Below, one piece after another: positions 28,550-32,000 of a stretch of DNA of 32,000 nucleotides. The notes under the pieces are model-generated. The model did no database searches. It was given only the letters and a program-made list of their open reading frames with translations, and was not told the origin of the DNA. Origin of the DNA: Escherichia coli (lineage in GTDB: Bacteria > Pseudomonadota > Gammaproteobacteria > Enterobacterales > Enterobacteriaceae); NCBI RefSeq assembly GCF_045689345.1, contig NZ_CP137162.1, one strand, 5' to 3'. Each line of letters opens with the position of its first letter. The stretch's first letter is position 1. Position numbers and translations under genes: made by a program.

Positions 28550-29530
28550 TTAGTGGTTCAGAAGATGGTTTGCCTCTTGTTTGATTTGTTGTAGTACGTT
28601 ACGCACATGATTTATCTGATTAATTGCATCTTCTTTTTCTTTACGTAACGGCGCATCCAGTAAATGATTTTCTGGCAATGGTGTTTCACTCATCTGGCGA
28701 TAAGGGATCCACGGATTATCATCTTCGTCTTCAAAGCGGAACGCCGGCGCATAGTAATCAACCTCTTCTTCCAGGCCATATGCCGTCACCTGCGGCTCAT
28801 CATCACCCAGGCATATAAGGTGCGTTAATAACGCTTTGAACGGCATATCACCCTGACCTGAAATACAGGCTTTATGACCCAGGCCACCCGGTTCTTTAAC
28901 GATCAAGGCATCTTTGATATGGACCTGGGTAATATGCGGCGCCATCGTTTTTAAAGCGTCGATGGGATGCTCATTTGCATTGATCATGTTCGCAAAATCA
29001 AACAGTAAGGAAAGAGATTCCATCTCACTTTCTTTGACCAGCGACACCAGCTCATGGCTTTTTAAATCTTCATGCTGTTCGATCGTAAAAGTCAGGCCGC
29101 TGTCCTGATACGTTTCCCGTACATAGGCAATGTCGTTAGCGATGATCGATAATACGTCGCGCAAATTACCTTCATAACGTGGATAAAAACGTACGGACGA
29201 TGCCCCAGTTTTCAACGCAATGGCGACGGCTTCGTCAATAGATGCCTTATCTGAGGCGCTGGTTTCAATATGAATATCAAGGTTCAGACGGCGGGCTTTA
29301 TCTCCAAAGGCAGAGAGTTCTTTATCGTCCATATTACCAAGAGAAAAACGCTCGCCATCCAGAACATGGATTTTGACGCCACGTAGATTATTTTCACTTG
29401 CGATATCAAGTAAATCAGCAGGCAACACTCTTTCCAGCCGCATATTTAAATGAAAGGCATAAGCATGTAAATAAAGAGGAAGAGTGTCGACACGTTGTAG
29501 AATCTTTCTTGCGTTATTTATTGTCACCAT
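28550..29530 (-). CDS. yihM: YihM, xylose-isomerase-like TIM-barrel protein (putative sugar-phosphate isomerase/epimerase), function unknown
   Basis: 326 aa, which equals the YihM length. Sequence recognised. It begins 7 nt after the yihL stop. Confidence 0.9.
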   Translation of the reverse strand: MVTINNARKILQRVDTLPLYLHAYAFHLNMRLERVLPADLLDIASENNLRGVKIHVLDGERFSLGNMDDKELSAFGDKARRLNLDIHIETSASDKASIDEAVAIALKTGASSVRFYPRYEGNLRDVLSIIANDIAYVRETYQDSGLTFTIEQHEDLKSHELVSLVKESEMESLSLLFDFANMINANEHPIDALKTMAPHITQVHIKDALIVKEPGGLGHKACISGQGDMPFKALLTHLICLGDDEPQVTAYGLEEEVDYYAPAFRFEDEDDNPWIPYRQMSETPLPENHLLDAPLRKEKEDAINQINHVRNVLQQIKQEANHLLNH

Positions 29531-29537
29531 AAAACAC

Positions 29538-30248
29538 CTACAGATTAATGATGAGGTCTACGGCCTCAAATCGCCAATATTCAATATCTATCTGGACAAT
29601 ATTGCCTTGCTGGTCGGCGCGATGCTTTTCAATTAAGATCGCTGGCATACCCGCAGAACCGCCAAGATACTTGCTGATATCGCCCGGCATTCTGACGGGT
29701 TTGAAAATCAATTTTTTTACTACCGTCTCTTTTTGGTAGCACTTTTCCCAGACTGAAGAAAATGAGTGGTTTTCAAGTTGTTCAATAAAACCCGGAGCAA
29801 CTTCAGGATTAATATATGTTTCGTGATAGAAAACTTTATGTCCTTCCAGCGCCCCCCAGCCGGTGATGCGATAGAGTTCAGTTGATGGCGTCACTGCAAT
29901 CAGTGGCGCGAGCGTCTCGGGAATATCGCTGGTACGGCTTTTCTCGGTAAACCCCCAGGAAGGTTCCCGCCCTTGCTCAATTGCGGCCCGCTGAAAGCTC
30001 GCCGACAGCTCCGGGCTGTAATTAAATCGCGGCTGAGTCACGAACCACCCTTTACGATCCTTACGGAAGATTTTGGATTCTGCTTCGAGGTTCAGCAACG
30101 CCTGGCGCAGCGTCATACGTTTAATGCCCAGCAGTTCTCCCAGCTCTCTTTCTGAAGGGAGTTTTCCACCCGGCGTGGTGATGCCATCTTTCAACCACCG
30201 ATCCAGTTTCTCTTTTGCATTTTCTACGGTGGATTGATTCTCCGCCAT
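29538..30248 (-). CDS. yihL: YihL, GntR-family (HutC/UTRA-type) transcriptional regulator, ligand unknown
   Basis: 236 aa with an N-terminal winged HTH (LPSERELGELLGIKRMTLRQALLNLE) and a C-terminal UTRA-like effector domain. The SD AAGGA lies at 30256-30260. Confidence 0.9.
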   Translation of the reverse strand: MAENQSTVENAKEKLDRWLKDGITTPGGKLPSERELGELLGIKRMTLRQALLNLEAESKIFRKDRKGWFVTQPRFNYSPELSASFQRAAIEQGREPSWGFTEKSRTSDIPETLAPLIAVTPSTELYRITGWGALEGHKVFYHETYINPEVAPGFIEQLENHSFSSVWEKCYQKETVVKKLIFKPVRMPGDISKYLGGSAGMPAILIEKHRADQQGNIVQIDIEYWRFEAVDLIINL

Positions 30249-30261
30249 TGTTTAATCCTTT

Positions 30262-30273
30262 TGGTTTAAACCA
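30262..30273. promoter_or_regulatory. Perfect 12-bp palindrome TGGTTTAAACCA next to the yihL RBS (candidate YihL operator)
   Basis: The sequence is self-complementary and contains the GTnTAnAC core associated with HutC-subfamily GntR operators (compare TGGTCTAGACCA-type NagR/DasR sites). It lies 1 nt upstream of the yihL SD. Confidence 0.45.
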
Positions 30274-30414
30274 GATGAAGCATCTTACGCTTACGCCAAA
30301 AAAGAAAGCAATTAACGGCGTATGACTTTGCAGATAATTGTGACAAAGCTCTCTATTGACGTAATCCCAGACTTATAAGGGAGATACTCGCATTGGTGTG
30401 CGCTCACGACAGGT

Positions 30415-30447
30415 AAAAAAAAACCTGCCAGCGATGGCAGGTTTTTT
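30415..30447 (-). terminator. Rho-independent terminator of typA (bidirectional architecture)
   Basis: AACCTGCCA (30422-30430), loop GCGA, TGGCAGGTT (30435-30443). An A9 run lies on one side and a T6 run on the other. On the minus strand the stem is followed by nine T residues, 18 nt after the typA stop. Confidence 0.85.
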
Positions 30448-30464
30448 ATAACTAAAAAACGAAA

Positions 30465-32000
30465 TTAATCGTCTTTCGGTGCGCGGTTGGCGCGGCGACG
30501 ATCGTTTTCCGTCAGGTGACGTTTACGAATACGGATAGAGGTCGGAGTCACTTCTACCAGTTCGTCATCATCGATGAACTCCAGAGCTTGTTCCAGAGTC
30601 ATGCGGATAGGCGGAACCAGAACAACGGCTTCGTCAGTACCGGAAGCACGCATGTTGGTCAGTTTCTTACCGGTCAGGCAGTTTACCGTCAGGTCGTTAG
30701 AGCGGCTATGAATACCGATAATCTGACCTTCGTAAACTTCTGCACCGTGACCGAGGAACAGCTTACCGCGATCCTGCAGACCGAACAGCGCGAACGCGAC
30801 CGCTTTACCCTGACCGTTAGAGATCAGTACGCCGTTCTGACGCTGACCCACTTCACCCGGACGTACGTCGTCGTAGTGGCTGAAGGTGGAGTACAGCAGA
30901 CCAGTACCGGAAGTCATGGTCATGAACTCAGAACGGAAGCCAATCAGACCACGGCTTGGGATCACGTAGTCGAGACGTACGCGGCCTTTACCGTCTGGAT
31001 TCATGTTTTTCAGGTCGCCTTTACGTTCGCCCAGCGCCTGCATTACAGAACCCTGATGCTGTTCTTCAACGTCCAGAGTCACGTTTTCATACGGCTCTTG
31101 TTTACGACCGTCGATTTCACGGAAGATAACTTTCGGACGGGATACCGCCAGTTCGAAACCTTCACGACGCATGTTTTCGATCAGAACAGACAGGTGCAGT
31201 TCGCCACGACCAGAAACGCGGAACGCATCGGCGTCTTCGGTTTCTTCTACGCGCAGCGCAACGTTGTGTACCAGTTCTTTGTTCAGACGATCCAGGATCT
31301 GACGAGACGTTACGAACTTACCTTCTTTACCGCAGAACGGCGAGGTGTTAACGCAGAAGAACATAGAAACGGTCGGCTCATCAACGGAGAGTGCCGGCAG
31401 CGCTTCAACGTTTTGCGTGTCGCAAACGGTGTCAGAAATGTTCAGTTCGCCAAGGCCCGTGATCGCAACGATATCGCCAGCTTCCGCCAGATCGGTTTCG
31501 ATACGTTCCAGACCGAGGTGGCCCAGCACTTTACCGACTTTCGCGTTGCGGGTTTTGCCTTCGCTATCGATGATAGTGACCTGCTGGTTCGGCTTCACTT
31601 TACCGCGCTTGATGCGGCCAATGCCGATAACGCCAACATAGCTGTTGTAATCGAGCTGAGAAATCTGCATCTGGAACGGACCGTCAAGGTCAACGTCCGG
31701 CGCAGGAACGTGGTCAACAATCGCCTGGTACAGCGGGGTCATGTCTTCCGCCATATCTTCGTGGTCCAGACCCGCGATACCGTTCAGCGCAGAAGCGTAA
31801 ACGATCGGGAAGTCCAGCTGCTCGTCGGTCGCGTCGAGGTTAACGAACAGATCGAATACCTGATCCACAACCCAATCAGGACGCGCGCCAGGGCGGTCAA
31901 CTTTGTTGATAACAACAATCGGCTTCAGGCCGTAAGCAAACGCTTTTTTGGTTACGAAGCGCGTTTGCGGCATCGGGCCGTCAAATGCGTCAACCACCAG
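30465..32000 (-). CDS. typA: TypA/BipA, ribosome-binding translational GTPase (5'-truncated; C-terminal ~511 aa present)
   Basis: The frame is open to the window end. Sequence recognised (…[15 protein letters not shown]… G4 NKxD motif, EF-G/LepA-like domains, BipA-specific C-terminal domain ending [11 protein letters not shown]). The gene continues beyond nt 32000. Confidence 0.95.
   Translation of the reverse strand: MVVDAFDGPMPQTRFVTKKAFAYGLKPIVVINKVDRPGARPDWVVDQVFDLFVNLDATDEQLDFPIVYASALNGIAGLDHEDMAEDMTPLYQAIVDHVPAPDVDLDGPFQMQISQLDYNSYVGVIGIGRIKRGKVKPNQQVTIIDSEGKTRNAKVGKVLGHLGLERIETDLAEAGDIVAITGLGELNISDTVCDTQNVEALPALSVDEPTVSMFFCVNTSPFCGKEGKFVTSRQILDRLNKELVHNVALRVEETEDADAFRVSGRGELHLSVLIENMRREGFELAVSRPKVIFREIDGRKQEPYENVTLDVEEQHQGSVMQALGERKGDLKNMNPDGKGRVRLDYVIPSRGLIGFRSEFMTMTSGTGLLYSTFSHYDDVRPGEVGQRQNGVLISNGQGKAVAFALFGLQDRGKLFLGHGAEVYEGQIIGIHSRSNDLTVNCLTGKKLTNMRASGTDEAVVLVPPIRMTLEQALEFIDDDELVEVTPTSIRIRKRHLTENDRRRANRAPKDD

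Overview
This window is Escherichia coli chromosome with K-12-type gene order. From memory it lies at about 87-88 min and is reverse-complemented relative to MG1655 numbering. Nearly all of it is explained by recognisable genes. In order: frvX (5'-truncated) and frvR; yiiG; fdhD, divergent from fdoG-fdoH-fdoI-fdhE (formate dehydrogenase-O; the ORF track splits fdoG at a selenocysteine UGA); a BIME; the paralogous ribbon-helix-helix genes yiiF and yiiE; an ~0.8 kb A/T-rich gap with no ORF-track gene; the overlap-coupled chain yihX-yihY-dtd-yiiD; the sulfoquinovose (sulfo-EMP) cluster csqR(yihW)-yihV, divergent from yihU-T-S-R and yihQ-P-O-ompL; the uncharacterised yihL-yihM-yihN operon; and typA/bipA (5'-truncated at the window end). 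I saw no tRNA or rRNA gene, CRISPR array, IS element, integrase or prophage signature. I do not find convincing evidence for a wholly new multi-gene system here. The least-described items are: (1) yihLMN, with a HutC-type perfect palindrome at the yihL RBS; (2) the yiiF/yiiE pair, with a duplicated 22-nt upstream block and an antitoxin-like tail on YiiF; (3) a 35-codon ORF with a perfect SD (or a perfect -10 hexamer) in the A/T-rich gap; and (4) a recurring AAAAAGTGAC/TGACA motif family in the csqR/yihV/yihU control regions. Gene identities rest on my recognition of the translated sequences, on length matches and on motifs. No database search was possible.
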